Position numbers and translations under genes: made by a program | Shown here: piece by piece, positions 1-13,100 of the stretch | Position numbering within the stretch: position 1 is the stretch's first letter | Layout of the letters: each line of letters starts with the position of its first letter | Notes under the pieces: generated by a model | What the model was told of the DNA's origin: nothing | Database searches by the model: none | What the model saw: only the letters and a program-made list of their open reading frames with translations | Source of the DNA: Raillietiella orientalis | Lineage: Eukaryota | Length of the DNA stretch: 64,000 bases | Direction: 5' to 3' | Assembly: GCA_036172245.1 (NCBI GenBank) | Contig: JAYWIR010000022.1 | Location: forward strand, 2,108,001-2,172,000

Positions 1-788
1 CACAGTTTTATTCCAGCGGTGCATTACGAAAGCTTCGCTAGAATTTGCCTATCTCGATTAAAAGTGACGATTAATTGGCTTCTCCCTTGCACATTTTCGT
101 CGTCTTGCTAAACTCCTGTCACGAATTCTCGGGCACAGTTTTCCAGTGGTTAATCGAAAAATAAAAATAAATAATGAGCGTTTGTTAGTTTTCTCTCTCT
201 CTCTCTCTCTCGCTCCTTCTCTTTTTCTCTCTTTCTCTCTGTTTTTCATTCGTTTTTCGTCTTCCGGGAAGATATCTTTTTGCTAATTGCGACTGTGCGC
301 TTACAGAGAATTCTGACCCCAATTATCATGGTCTCGGAGCTGGCAGTTTCTCCTTACTTTGCGCGATACGTGAAAAACCATGCTGCGCGAAATTAAAATT
401 TGATACTCGGAAAATCCATCATCCCACCGTTACTCGCACATCCTCCGTATGCTCTTCAAGAAACGCCGGAATATCCTAGTCTGGAAAACTGAAATGTACT
501 GATCTCGAGTATGAATAAATAATTCATCGAATTTCAAGTTTCGAAGAAATTGCTGCTGATGAAAAGTGCCTTTGAACGACTGCTGGGCAGCGCAGGTAAA
601 TGGCTAATCAATGGCACAGGAGGTATGGTGATTAACTTATTAATTTCGCGAATTCATTATGATTCGGATTTTCGGTGAGCTGAGTTTTTTTTTCTTTCAG
701 CAACCCGCGAAAACGAACGCATTCCAGATGGAACGAAATTCAAGCCAAGTTTGTTCCAACAATGAGCTGCATAGACGTTTTCACGGGA

Positions 789-944
789 CTCGTAACAATG
801 GGGAAACAAGAGCGCTCGTAACCATAGCAGAAGGACGGCGTTCGTAACAATGGAGGAACGACGGTGCTCATAACAACGGGGAAACGATTGCGCTCGTAAC
901 CATAGCAGAAGGACGGAGTTCGTAACAATGGGAGAACGAGGACG
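789..944. repeat. Minisatellite of six 26-bp units organised as a 78-bp trimer x2
   Basis: Units start at 789, 815, 841, 867, 893 and 919, each beginning YTCRTAAC. Units 2 and 5 differ at one base. Confidence 0.9.
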
Positions 945-3699
945 TTTGCAGCAGCGGAGAAACGTTTGGCGCGCACGCTAAGGGACGAAGCAAACGAGGG
1001 GACACCCAGAGTTGCCACCAAGGCGAACACGTCCTTTCTACCCTGATCTCTCTGCCCTCGTCTCCACCCTCCCTTGGTCGCATGCACAACCGCTTCATCT
1101 TGGAGCACCTGCTCCCGGCCTTCTCCCGCTAGCTAGTGGAGAGAGGGAAAGGGGAAAAGCGTCCTAGAGCCTAGCGGAAATTCTCGTAGGACCCCAAAGT
1201 TTTCTCTCCTCGTCGTCGCCGGTGCAGACGCTGAACTCACGAGGAGCCATCTCGGCAGGCAGCGGCGGGGGAACTCCCATCGCTTGCAGACCCATCTTGG
1301 TGCGAGCTCGTCCCACCTCCGGTCTGGTGTCCGAGGCTAACGGTACACGTCCGCCGTCATAAATTTGCGAGGCTCCCGAACTACCACTGCCTGGGGTGCG
1401 CGCGCAATAGGGGGAATTTCAAGCTCCACGGAGTGTAAAACGAGCATTGCCAAATTCCCGGGTTGTTCCGCTCAATCCTTTATTGCATCCGAGCGCACTC
1501 ACGATGGCCTCGCGCTCTCCGGGTGTCCCCGTTCCCTTCGCTGTCTCCGCCTTTGCGGTCAAGGGGGGAGAGCAGCTTCGGTGCTGCGGCCACGAAGGTC
1601 CGGGCGCGAGCCGAGGTTTTCCGCTTCCTCCCCGGAAAGACAGGCGAAGGAGTAGATACAGCCGCACCGATCCCAGGGAGTCTGGGACGGGGCGACCGCG
1701 CGAGCAGCCACTTCGTCCTCCGTCCTCCTCCTCTTCCCCTGACCCCTGGCCGTAGGACCGTTGCCTTCCGCACGCGCGGTTCCGTGCTCAAGAGGCGCGC
1801 GAGGCGGCGGCCGCCTCTCGCAGACGAAGGACCTCTGCCCAGCGAAGAGTCCGGAAAGGACCAGAGATGGCACGAGCCTGCGGGAGGCTCGGGGAATCCC
1901 CAGCCTCGCTCGCTCGCCTGCCATCGGCACGTCCCGCCCGCTCGCGGTTTCCGCCAGCCGCCGCGCAGCCCCCACGGCGCGAGCGAAACGCTCGGGGCCT
2001 TCGGGCACGTTTCCAGTTCCCGCCGCGCCTTTCTTTCGTTTCTTTACGTGACGCACCCCCCCCACACTCTCCCCCCCCTTCTCTATCCCTTTTCTCTCCC
2101 TTTCCTCTTCCCGAAAAAACAAAAAACAACAACAAACAGCGGCAACAACAAAAGAGGCCGTCGCCGATTTCCGCTTCGCGTGGGGGGATTCCCGCTCGCG
2201 GGAAAGGAGAGGTAGGGAGGGGACAGCCGGAATTCTCGCTGCGATAACCCCTCAGCCTACAGGGGGCAGCCTCCGCCCGCTCGGGGAACAGCGGGGAAGG
2301 AGAGGCACCGTTCGGCTCTTCGTCCCTGCCCTCTTTTTTTATTATTATTATTATTTTCCCCGAGCCCCTTCCTCCCCCCCCCCCTCTGTGCCGAAGGCGA
2401 GCTGTGGAGGACGCTCCGGTGAGCAGGACCCTGAATCCGCTACAAGGAGAGGAAGGGGTCGTCCTCCCCGTCAGGAGTCGCCCGGGATCGCCACCCCCAA
2501 GCCTTTCCGATTCCGGTCCGAGATGGGCCACGCGGAAGTACCGAGGGGCAGAAGGGCCGTGCCTTCCTCCTCCCTCCTTCCTTCCCCCCGGCCGGCCCTA
2601 GGCAGATGCACACGCGCACGTGGGCGGAGGAGAGCGTGAGCTGCGAGCAGAGAGGCGCCGACGCTGCGACCTCGCCATGCCTCAGACCGAAGGCCACTCG
2701 ACGCGGCCGCCTCCTCATTTCCAGGCTTGCTGCGCACGGCGCCGCTCTTATTCCTCCAGGGATGTGCAAAGTCCAGCCGCCCGGACTGGTGCCAGCTCTT
2801 CGGCAAGGGATAGAGACGAGAACCTGTTTAGACGACCTCTGGAGGAACCTCTCTAGTGGCCAGTATCCATGGAAACCGTGCAGGCTCGGCACACGAAGAA
2901 GTCAGCAACCTCCTCGAGAGAAGTGGGTTCTTTCCTGTCCCTTCCTTCCAAGCAGCAGCGTGTGAGGCGTAGGGATTGTCCGAACCTGGATCTAAAGCCG
3001 GGGGGGAGGGGGCAAGGGGAAGCATCTCCGCCTTTCCGGAGGATCCTCCCCCTCCGCAGACTCGCGGGCTGCAGTCAGCACGCGTCCCGGCGCCGGCTAC
3101 GTCCGTCGCCGTCGCTCCCAGCAGAGGTTACCGTTCTGCGAAGGAGGAGAGAGGCCAGACGAACCCCCCTTTTCTAGCCGGAGGCAGCTCAGAAGATGGC
3201 TAAAGGAGACGCTCACGACGGAGGGGCGGAGTGGGTACTCCTTCGGGGAAGGACCCCTTAACCCCCTACCTTCCAGAAGGGGAAGGTCCCGAAGACCGGG
3301 AAAAGCGGGCCAGGGCCTCCCGCTTTGCTCGCCAACCACGGCCGATCCTTGCCTCTTCCTCCTCCAGGGCACAGACGCGTTCCCTTCGTGACTTCCTCCG
3401 CGTGCTGCATGCACGAGAGAGGACCGCGTTACCCTGGAGGCGAAAGACCAGGCGACAGCTGCCTACGTCGCTCATTCTCTCTCCTCGCTGGCACAGGGCC
3501 CTTTTTCCTGCCCCCTTCCCCCTTCAACGGGCGCGCGAATTCGCCCTCCCCGGATCTCGGATGCGATTCGCGAAACTCCCCTTCCCAGCACACCGCCTCG
3601 AGGGCGCCGCAGATTCCCTCCAGAGATGGAAGGGTTTTCGTTCGTGGACTAAGCCACTCCAGCCCGCGAAGAGGGCAACCCGAGTGAGTTTACAGGCAC

Positions 3700-4550
3700 G
3701 AGATGAGAACAGTTCCGCGAAGATGAACGTCTGGCTTCCGGAACTGCCAGCCGGACTGGGGAGGAACGCACGCACATGCATCTGGCGCGTTGACCTTATT
3801 GATCCTGGAGACCCCTATGTGACCTCGCGTGGCAGAGTACACGAGAAGTTGAAGATCTGGGTTCAGTGCACGTGACCCAGTTAACTTTCTCTTCGAGCCA
3901 GTGCCACCTAAAGCGGAATGAACGCAGGATAATAATCGGGCGAGGAGTGACACGTGACTGTGTCCATTCCTCCCCCCTTTCTCTCTCTCTCCCAACCTTC
4001 AACTCCTTCTCTACCCCACTCCTACTATTCCTCATACTACTAAGCCTCTCTCTCTAAAACTAAAACTCATACTAAAGCTTCTCTCTCTCTCTTCTAGAGT
4101 TTCTGGGCGCAAGCTGACACTACAGAGACGTCCCATCGGCTCTCTTTCCCAAGGAAACGGATGTGCTTGCGAGGGCCTTCGATTTCGCGCTGAACACGTC
4201 GGCGAGCTCGAGAAAGAGGTATCCATAGGAACCATGCAGACGCAGTACACAAAGGCAGCACCTCCACGAGGGAAGGCGTCTCTTTCCTCCTCTCCTTCCT
4301 TTCAAGCAGCAGCGCCCGAACAGCTCGACAGATGTTCCTCTTTGGCTCCCACCCTCTGGCTGCCCTTTGTGGAAAATTGCCACCGGTGTGCTCCGGCGCG
4401 CCACATTCTCCGGAGATGCACTGGAAGCGCAGGACTTCTTTCGCTGCTGCCGCGCAATCCACGTAGAGTAGATTTGACTACCCCCTGAGGCATCTGTGCT
4501 CACTTCTGGTGGCTCACCTCTTAATCCCCTGCCCCCACCCCCCCAAAAAA
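3700..4550 (+). mobile_element. Degraded gag-like/ORF1 relic with CCHC zinc knuckle(s)
   Basis: CHRCAPARHILRRC at about 4378-4419 fits Cx2Cx4Hx4C exactly, followed by a decayed knuckle-like remnant (FRCCRAIH). A similar remnant (CLRLCGQGG) lies near 1540-1570. Confidence 0.5.
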
Positions 4551-4749
4551 CTGGAACGCCTGGAGGCAGCAGGCGATAGAGCCCCGGGTTGCCACTCTGG
4601 AAGTGAGCCCGGAGGAACTTCGACCGCTGCGGAAACTCCCATGCTAGCCTCTGGGAGATATCCTGCATTACTGGACTCAGCAGTCCCCGATAGCCGTCAC
4701 TCCTATTGCCGAATCACCGTCTGCCCTCAGGGAAAACCATGACGGCAGC

Positions 4750-5640
4750 ACCCGACTGGTGGGGAGGGAGTTCTTCTGCAAAACTGCAGGAGTTGGGAAA
4801 CTCCTCAAGGGCTGCGAGAGTTGGACGAGCAGAGTTGATGGACGGAGCCACTTCTTGTTCTCGGGAAAAGGGATTCTTTCGGCCGAACGATCTGCTCGGT
4901 ATGCCCCACGAGGAACTTGTGATCCCTTCCCTTTGTGTGCGGACACCTCCGTGTTCCCGCTCCGTTGGAAACGGGACGTTCTGCTGTTTCTGCACTGGGG
5001 GGATACCAATGCAACCAGCGCAGGCACTCGGTCTCCGGGGGCATTGCCTCCCCGAACCGTTGAAGTTGCGGGGCGATGAGATCGTTCCCGTACCTCTCTT
5101 GTAGGACTACAGTGCCCTGGAGGACACGTGGCGGAGACCAGCCTCGGCGCTCCGCCACTCTGAGGACACCTCCAAGGACTTGCTGCGACGGAGCTTCTTC
5201 ACTCAAGGCGTACTAAAGACGGGTACCGCGATCGCAACGAAGAGTTGCATCCGCTCATTGGTAACAGTCCGCCATGTGTTGGAGTCTCGTTCGCAGCAGC
5301 GAAGGGAGGCCACCATCATGGCAGCTGCCTTCATTAGGACGGCTTCAAGGTGGCCTCATCTGCCAGAAGATGTCATCAGTGAGATGGTATGCAGCCGCTT
5401 CTAGAAAGAAAGGAACGACTGAAACCAATGATCCCTGTTCCTATCCTCCCATCTTTTTTTTTTATTCATTTATTGTCCCCTCCCTCCGTTCTCTACTTCC
5501 TTAGAAGCTGGCCTGCGTGCCGGTGGTCATTCCCAAAGAGTTCCTCTTTTCCGAAAAAAAACACAAGTCAGAGGGACGCCTCTCCCCTCTGACTTGTGGT
5601 TTCTTTTTTAAGTCAATGTCCCGGAGCCACCGGGTGAAAA
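4750..5640 (+). mobile_element. Older, degraded 3' fragment (copy F) of the same LINE family
   Basis: Frameshifted matches SVFPLRWKRDVLLFLHWG and AAFIRTASRWPHL to copies A and B, a T-rich UTR, and the CCGG-N5-CCGGGTG hairpin at 5621-5636. Confidence 0.7.
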
Positions 5641-8329
5641 CCCTCTGACTGCACCTTTGGGTTCTTCCTACGCGGGTCCCAGCCGGATACTTGGGGAGAA
5701 GCCGTCGGTCCCCACGATCACCCTCGGCAATGCGCGACTCCCGGGAAGCAGCTTCTCGAGCTTGGGAGCTTCCTCGGATGTCGCTCCGCCGCGACGACGC
5801 GACCTCCCCAGATCCGTGCACGCGTCACCCTCCTCGTGAATAGGGAGGAACTTTCTCGCCCTCTTCGGGGGATGCACTTGGTAGTGCGGATCGAACGTGG
5901 AAGCTCTCTAATCCCTTCCTGGGAGAGGTGACCAGTGGGAACAAAATCCTCGTGGTCGTCCTTCTCCTTTTGTTCTTGTACCACAGAAGCGTCTGTTCAG
6001 GATCATGAAGAGCTCGGGGAGTTTTTCTGACGTCACTTTGCTTCGCCGAATTCTTCCTTTTCTGTTCCCCATGTCTTTGGCCTGTTGTCTTCCTGACATC
6101 AGCCGTCGTCGTCTAGCCTGACCCTGGCGGAAGGTTTGCACCATCGGCGCCAGCCAAGCCACCACAGTTGACCCGTTCCTATCACCTTTCGTTTGCTTCC
6201 GTTCTATGTGTTGCTGGATGTAAGGAAGGAGGGAAGCTGCGTGATCTGTTTAGAACCAATGATGGTGGTGATAACCTCAGGACCGACAGACCTTCCTTCC
6301 CTCGCGGAGTCTCATCCAGGAGTCCTCGACCGCTTGGAAACCATGGGAGAGGACCCCTGCAAAGAAGAACGAAGATCTCGTTCTGCAGAGAATATGCAGC
6401 CAACGGTTCTCCAGTTCCTCCGAGGACAGAAATCACTCGGAAGACGGACGGCGATCCTGGAGGAAAGAAAAGCCTCCTACAAGGTGTAGGAAAATCGATA
6501 CGGGGAGGACAAATCAACACGGGGAGAATTTTTAATCCATTTTTTTTTTTTTTCCGGCTGGACTTCAAAGGAGTGCCCGGAACGGAGAAAACTGGAAGCG
6601 CGCCTTGACAGGATGCTGGAAACGAAGAGGCCGACGACGGAGGCTGGGAGAAAGGAAAACAAACGTCGGTGTTTACATCTCGGCCGGTGGTGCAAACAGC
6701 CACAAGGAGCATCGCAAACAGGCAACTGCAAACAGCTCTGGGAGCAGCATCACGCCGACGAGGGCCGCGGACCCGCATGCCAAGGGAAGAGTCTCCAGGA
6801 AACGTCTCCCGGCACGAGGGGGAAGGGCCGGAAGAGAGAGAGATACCAGTTTCCTTCTTGTCCCTCCCGATGGAAACGCCCGCCACCTGCACGGTTCCTT
6901 GCGGCATGACCCTCCGAACCGCAGGACAGTCGCCGGCAACCTTCGCTCCACGGGAAGATGACGGCGAATCTCCCAGAGTTCCTCGCCGGAGAAGCTCCCA
7001 GGAGCGCGGCGCGCTCAGTGCCCACGCTGTTGAGGAGCCTCGAGGCGCTCCCCGTTCTCTTCGCCTTGCTCTGAGCGTTGAGCAGCAAGGAAGGCAAACG
7101 AGTGGATGACTGCTCTCTCACCACTGCTCAAGAGACTTCAAGACCAGAACACCAGGAAGTCTCCCTTGGCCATTGTGGATCCATATATACCAAATGGCGC
7201 AGCACCGCGTGGGTGAGCAGGACCCCTGTCATCTCGCCCTCGTCCGAGGTCCCTCGGAAGCGCCATCTGGATTCACTCGGTCTTCGTGAAGTTTCTCAAT
7301 CGGTTGCGGAGCTGCAAATATGCTCATTGGCGGATCCGCCCTCTGGGACGCAGACGGTGCTGTCCGCAGGGCGGAGGCGATCTCATCTACCCCGCCGGCA
7401 GACGGAGCTTCCGTCTTAGGCGGATGGGATCGGTCCAGACAAACCGGAGAGCGAAACTGCCTTCTCTGCTCTCCTGTCACCCTCGCTCCCGTTGAGACCG
7501 GTCCGCGGAATCCCCGCACTGCTTGGAGAGGAAGGGTAACTGCGGGCGGGCGGGTCTTACGCGACAGCTGCTGCCGGCAGCAGGAGAATTGAAGAACCCG
7601 ACGGGGAGCGCCCCGGGTCGATCAACAGCCGGAGGTTCGAGCGGTCCATCCGCGGTGGCAGGTCAGCCGAGGACTGCCAGGGAGACTGAAAAAAATGAAA
7701 ACCAAAAAAAAAAGGGGGGGGGGGATGTTCGTCTCCACTCGTGAGAAGACGCTCAGCAGCCGAAGCCGCCTGGAGGTCACGAAAAAAGCAGCTACCTGGC
7801 CTTTCTGCGACAAGGATGCTCCAACACGCTCACGGAGGCGGCTCTTCGCGAGTGGGGATGGGCGGGAGATTGGGCGTTGTGCACGGCTCGCGAGCGACCA
7901 GTAGCTTCGCTTTCCGTTCCTTCGAGGGCCGGGAGCAAGGTTGCCTGGGTTTCCCGATGTCCTCCTCCCGGCTCTGTCGAATCCGCGGGGCGAAGTGCAC
8001 GGATGCACCGTGGGAACCCCTCAAAGGCAGCGGGCCCGTTCGCTCCCAGTGGCTTCCGGTTTCACCTGGACGCGAGTGTCTTAACACTGATCCACGCCAC
8101 CCAAGGCCGCGTGTTGATTCTTTAAGTTAGGGGTTAGTCCGGGAGAGTGCCTCCCTGTGAATGCATGAAGACTCAGAGGGAAGTGGTGCATGACTCTCAC
8201 GCTTGGGAGGGAACCTCAAAGAGAACCACCTCTTCCTCATTCTCTCCAGAGGGAGCCCCCGGTTTGTGAGGTCACTCCTATTTCTTCTCCGAAGGGAACT
8301 CAATAAAGATCCGCTTCTGGTAGGTGAGG

Positions 8330-8520
8330 CCATCTCGAGGCTGTCCTCAGGCAGATCCGCGGCCAGTGGATGGCGTCCCTGCCATTTCGGCCCTCTTGTT
8401 CTGGAGTTCCAGGCCACTGCTATCCCGCGGAGGCAGCAGAAGACTGCGAGGGACGCGGTTGGTGGCGGCACTGCGGCATCGCCTGCGAAGAGGCGTCCGC
8501 AAACGTCCCGGGGCTGCCTC
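8330..8520 (-). mobile_element. Short minus-strand fragment of the LINE ORF2 C-terminus
   Basis: PPPTASLAVFCCLRGIAVAW matches PPASTLAALCCPKGIVAAW of copy A. Confidence 0.65.
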
Positions 8521-8659
8521 GCCGAGACACCTAGGATCGTTGCGAGGCGATCCCAAAGGGGTCAGAGGGCATGATGGAAAGGGACTGGATGGTGATGGAA
8601 ATTCTTCCGGGTTCTTCTGTTTTTGCTGCTTTCCTTCCGGCTTTTCCTTTTCGGGTTTG

Positions 8660-9255
8660 TTTTGGCTCGCCGTGTGCTGAAGGACCGCTCGCCCCCTCAG
8701 GGGGGCTCACGAAGCTCTTTCACGAACCGTTCCAGGCCACCCGAGGGTGCGTACGCTCATTCTTCAAGTTGGAGGGTGCCTTGGGGGAAGGAGGGGGGGA
8801 CCACCCTATGAATCCAGGAAGGGGCTCCGGATGAAGGGCTGCGTTGCTCCCACGCTTGGGAGGGAACCCTCGCCCTGGTTATCTCCACCACCTCTTCCTT
8901 GTTCTCTCCGGAGGGACCCCCGGAAGCGATCCTCTCCTGGTTTACTCCTCTGAAGAGAACCCCGAATGAACGCTTCCAGTTTTCCCTGAAGGACGCTTTC
9001 TCAAAGGGAGCAGGGCACTTCTGGACACTCTGGAGAGGTAACATCAATCCATCAGTTCCATGGTACGAGACGGAGTCTTCATCCGAGGAAGGGGGTGGCG
9101 GCTCCATATTCATAACCGGAGGGGACCCCTGAAGGGCTGTTTGGTTCCTGGAAGGACACCAGGAGGAGTTCAGCCTCCAATCCCGGCAGATCAATGGGGC
9201 ATCCGGCTTCCACCAGTGCCGCACCCGAATAGGCCACTAACGTCATCCTGCGGGG
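8660..9255 (+). repeat. Unclassified dispersed repeat family X (~0.6-0.7 kb), reference copy
   Basis: Shared blocks CCCTATGAATCCAGGAAG, CTCCTCTGAAGAGAACCCCGAA, CCGGAGGGGA and CCAATCCCGGC recur at ~8020-8330(+), 16175-16630(-), 18430-18585(+), 21160-21455(+) and 32950-33680(-). Confidence 0.8.
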
Positions 9256-9899
9256 TGAACTCGGAGCCCGGCAGCGAATTTCGGCGGCTTCTGTTCCATC
9301 CAGGAGACCGGGATCGTCGGTGGCCGAGAGAACAAGCATGGTGTCGGCCACGATGCTGTTCACTCCCGTATCCCCGGGTGCCGAAGCGGTCAGTTCCATG
9401 AATGAACGCCCGCGGTGCTTCCGCAACGAGGGGCACCTTCCTCCCGGGTCAGTGAGGCCGGGCGGGCAACCTCCAAGGGACCTACCGAAGCACCTGAACC
9501 CGAGGAAGGAGGGTCGCTTTCCATCGCGACCTGCCAGCTGGCGTCACGTCCTTCGCGCGAGAAACGTGGTTTTCTGCTCCTTGCCCTCGCAACAGGTTCC
9601 CAAGCTGCTGCGCCCCCGGCCTGCTTGGCTCGGAGCCGTCCGTTGCCACTGGAAACGGACGAACGGACGAGCAAGCAGACGTGCACGGTCTGGAAGGTGT
9701 AAGGACCGGCGTGCGTGCAGGGAGCTGCTCCGACCGGGTCGGCGGTCGTGGCGAGCGGGAGGGCAGACCTCGCCTACTGACCGCAGCTTCCACAACGTCT
9801 CCCAGCCTCTTTCTCCCTGAAACGATGGAGGGAGGGGCCTCGAAAATGAAAGTGCCGACGGTGTACCAAGCCATGATCGGGAAAAAAAGACAAAAACAA

Positions 9900-12800
9900 A
9901 AACATGGCGAAAAATGGCCTTCAGGAGGCAATGAGTGCGATGACGTCATCCTCGGGTTTCGCCATTCCAGTGACGCTGAACCGGCTCGTGCTAGAGGCGT
10001 CATCCGCGTATACCAACCTTCATTTTTTCTTCGCGTCTCCCTGGACCGTTCGGAAAAAATATTCCGCGAATCTCTCTGGGTCAACCGACTCTGTCCTTCC
10101 CCGAGACCGGATGGCTTTTCCAGTTCACCGCCTTCGATCTCCGGATCCTCTCGGGAAAAAAGACGGGAGTCAAAGATCGCGGATGGCGCGCGCGCGCGTT
10201 CCCACCCTCTCGCCGCGATCAGTTCACGCGCATCTTCCTCTGTGACCCAGCATGAAGACCCGATACCGAACACGGAAGGGGCATCCCCTTACACAATGCA
10301 TTCCCCTCCTGGAATTTCCTGGATGCTATGCTGAGCAAGGAGCTCCAATTCAGAGCCCCTCTCTGTTCCTTTCCTTCTCCCGCTTTTTCCGTCTTCGGCT
10401 CCCTTGAGAAGCGGTTTCCGGTTACGCGGGGTCCACGAGCGGCCTTCATTCGTTGGCGCAGGGGTCAACAAAGAAACGACTCGTCAGATCTCTTCGGAAC
10501 CTGCGCGGTCGCTCGTTTTCCCAGGAAACGAGGGATGCTGCCGCGCCTTCCGGAGAAAGCGATGGCGACCGGTGACGCGCGGACCAGCCGGAGCCTCGCC
10601 GCAGCTGCTCCTTCGACTGACGGAAGGCGGCGCCGGGAGCGGAGGCGCTTTGCTGGGGCGCCCCCCTAGCGTTTCTCCCGAAGATCCGCTTGCAGAAACG
10701 CTCGCCCGTCCAGGGTTGCCAGGTGCTTCCGCGCTGTGCCGCGCGCGAGCAGCGGCGGAGCGAGTCCAAACTGGAGGAGCGGTACGGCCGCCTCATCATC
10801 ACGGAGAGCCGTTCTCAGGCGCCATCGCCAGCTTGCAGGCGCCGAAACGATCCCACCTGGGATGCAGAGGAACCTTCCGCCCACTGTGGTCGGATTAGCC
10901 CTCATCCTCTCCCGGCTCGAAACAGGCCCTCGGGAATCGCGTCCACGATCCTTCCCCCATTGTCTACATTTATCCCTTCCTGGTTCCTGACTCCGGCGGT
11001 TCTTCTCCAGCCACCTAAAGTCGCTCCGGGTGAACCGCCCGACAACCAAGGATCAGGAGATCATTCCCGCTCGCAAGCCTCTCCCTGGAAAATTGACCGC
11101 TCTCGAGGCGGCGAAAGTCCTAACGATCTCGAAGAACACGCTTTCCGTCTTCGGCTCCTCGGCCTTCCCTCTTCGGGTCGCGGGGCCAACTTCCGTTATC
11201 GGCTGGCGAAGACGTCCCGCGAGATGGATTCCTCCTCAGTCGGGAAGGCGTTCCCGGATCGCAGTCTTCGCTCGATCCCGTCCCGTGGACGCATGCGGCC
11301 GAGAGGGCGCTCAAGAAGAGAGCCGCGTCCGACGCGGAAATGCGCCCACGGCCTTCCCTCACTCTCCGCAGAGGGAATCACAACGCGCGTCCTGACGGCA
11401 GCAGCACTTCTTGGGATAGAGTGGTGGGGGCAGTCCACGCGAACGGCCAACCATTTCCTGCTCCGTGGATGGAACCACGAAGCAGTCCGGGAGAAAGTGC
11501 GCGCATGGCTCCGTTGAGCAGTGGGACGCAATACCCAAACACGAGGACACAATCACTTTCTGCGCACAATCAGGAGGAGCAGCTCCGGATGCGCTCTGCC
11601 GGGGGGAGGTCTGGATTTCGCTCCATCTTGGAACCTCGAAAGAGCCGTTGCCCTTCTCGGGGAACGGGACGCCACCAGCTCGCGGCAACAACAGTAGGGT
11701 GGGCATCCGTTCCGCCAGGAGCCTTCGGGCCGAACGACAGCGAGATCGGCACCGTCAGCAGCAACCTTTCGAACATCCAGATGGTTGCACCACCTGCGTG
11801 CAGTCTTTGCGTGCGATTTCAGTACCGCTCGCAGCAGCGAGTGAAAGAGCACTTCCTCCTTCGTGGACCACGGGCTCACTCCGTTCCACCCACAGGCCAG
11901 TGGAACAGCAACTGCTCTGGCGACCGACGCGCAACATCCGTCTCTGCTCCCTGCCTACAGAGGTTTCCAGACGGTAAAGCGGCCACCGTCCCTCCTCATC
12001 GCACGGCGACAAGCCGGCGACTTCCGGTCGACGGGAAGCGGGAACTGCTCGTTTTTGTCTTCCCTCGGAACAACGCACTTCTCTTCTCTTCTCGTCCTAG
12101 TGCCCGATCCTGTTTCAAAGAACTTCCGCAAAAGAGGCGTGCGGAGCACATGACAGTTCTTCCTGTTGACCTCGTGGAGCCCGCAGTGCGTTGGGAGATG
12201 CAGGAAATTCGGCGCCGTGGAAATTTTGCGTCCGACCGATGGATTTTCTTTCGCGGAAAATTCACGCCACGACGCCCTCCGCCAAACCTCCTCCTCCGTC
12301 CAGAAGAGCACTTTCCGCGCATCCCTGTCGCACCTTCCGATGCCCACCATCTTCTCCCTCTCTCCCTTTCGGATTGCACATGTGGGCAAGACGAACGTTC
12401 TTCGAGGGGGAACCGACAGGACAAAAGGGTGGAGCTTGAAGCGCTTCCGAGGCACTCCCGAGCGGAAGGATCTTCCCGTTGTCCTGGCAACCGGTCTCCT
12501 GAGAGTGAGAAAGCATCGTGTTGCAGATTCCTCCTTTGTTCTCCTGGAGGAAGGAAGAAGATGCGAGATGCATCTCCGGTTTTCCATTCCATGCCTTCCC
12601 TCCGAAAGATGCGAAAGGATGCAGCCCCCCGCGCTCCCGAATTGGAAACTGCAGCCAAGCCGCGGCGGAGGAAGGTGAGATACTCGTTCTCTTGAGGTGC
12701 TTCTAGCTCAGCCATTGCCTCGGGAGCACCGAAACATTGAAAGTCCAGGGTCAGCAGCGGGGTTTGGCACGACCTCCGCGGGAGTCAACCCATGTCCGTG

Positions 12801-13100
12801 ATCGAGGATTTCCGCTCCTTGGCACACTAAAGTGGCACCTTGCTGGCCATCAGAGAGAGACAGCCGCGGCGGCATTCTGGAACTTTGTCTTGTGCTGGAC
12901 CATCTTCCCCTTAAAAGTGGACGAAAGGGTCCGGGAAACTGTCGGGCGCTGCTTCTGACGCGAACCACGGGGGTAGGCTTCTCTTGTAGGGAAGCACCCT
13001 GGAAGTGGGAGGGGTGCACATGAATGAAGAGTGAACCGGGACAAAGCAGCACCCCCTTCGTGGTGCTACTGATCTCGGAGGATCAGCATAGGGAAGGGCT
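9900..13100 (-). mobile_element. Probable additional BEL/Pao pol relics
   Basis: Weak remnants only: ELELLA (~10340, compare RLELLA), PTHCGLHE (~12180, compare PHFGGLWE) and an integrase-zinc-finger-like stretch at ~12700-12850. Heavily decayed, and boundaries are approximate. Confidence 0.3.

Noticed and set aside
789..944. CRISPR-like repeat-spacer appearance
   Set aside because: The constant part is only ~8 bp, the 'spacers' are themselves repeated, there are no cas genes, and the context is eukaryotic.
11340..12695. 451-aa plus-strand ORF
   Set aside because: No recognisable domain and an Arg/Pro/Ser-rich composition typical of chance ORFs in GC-rich DNA. The opposite strand shows decayed integrase-like remnants.
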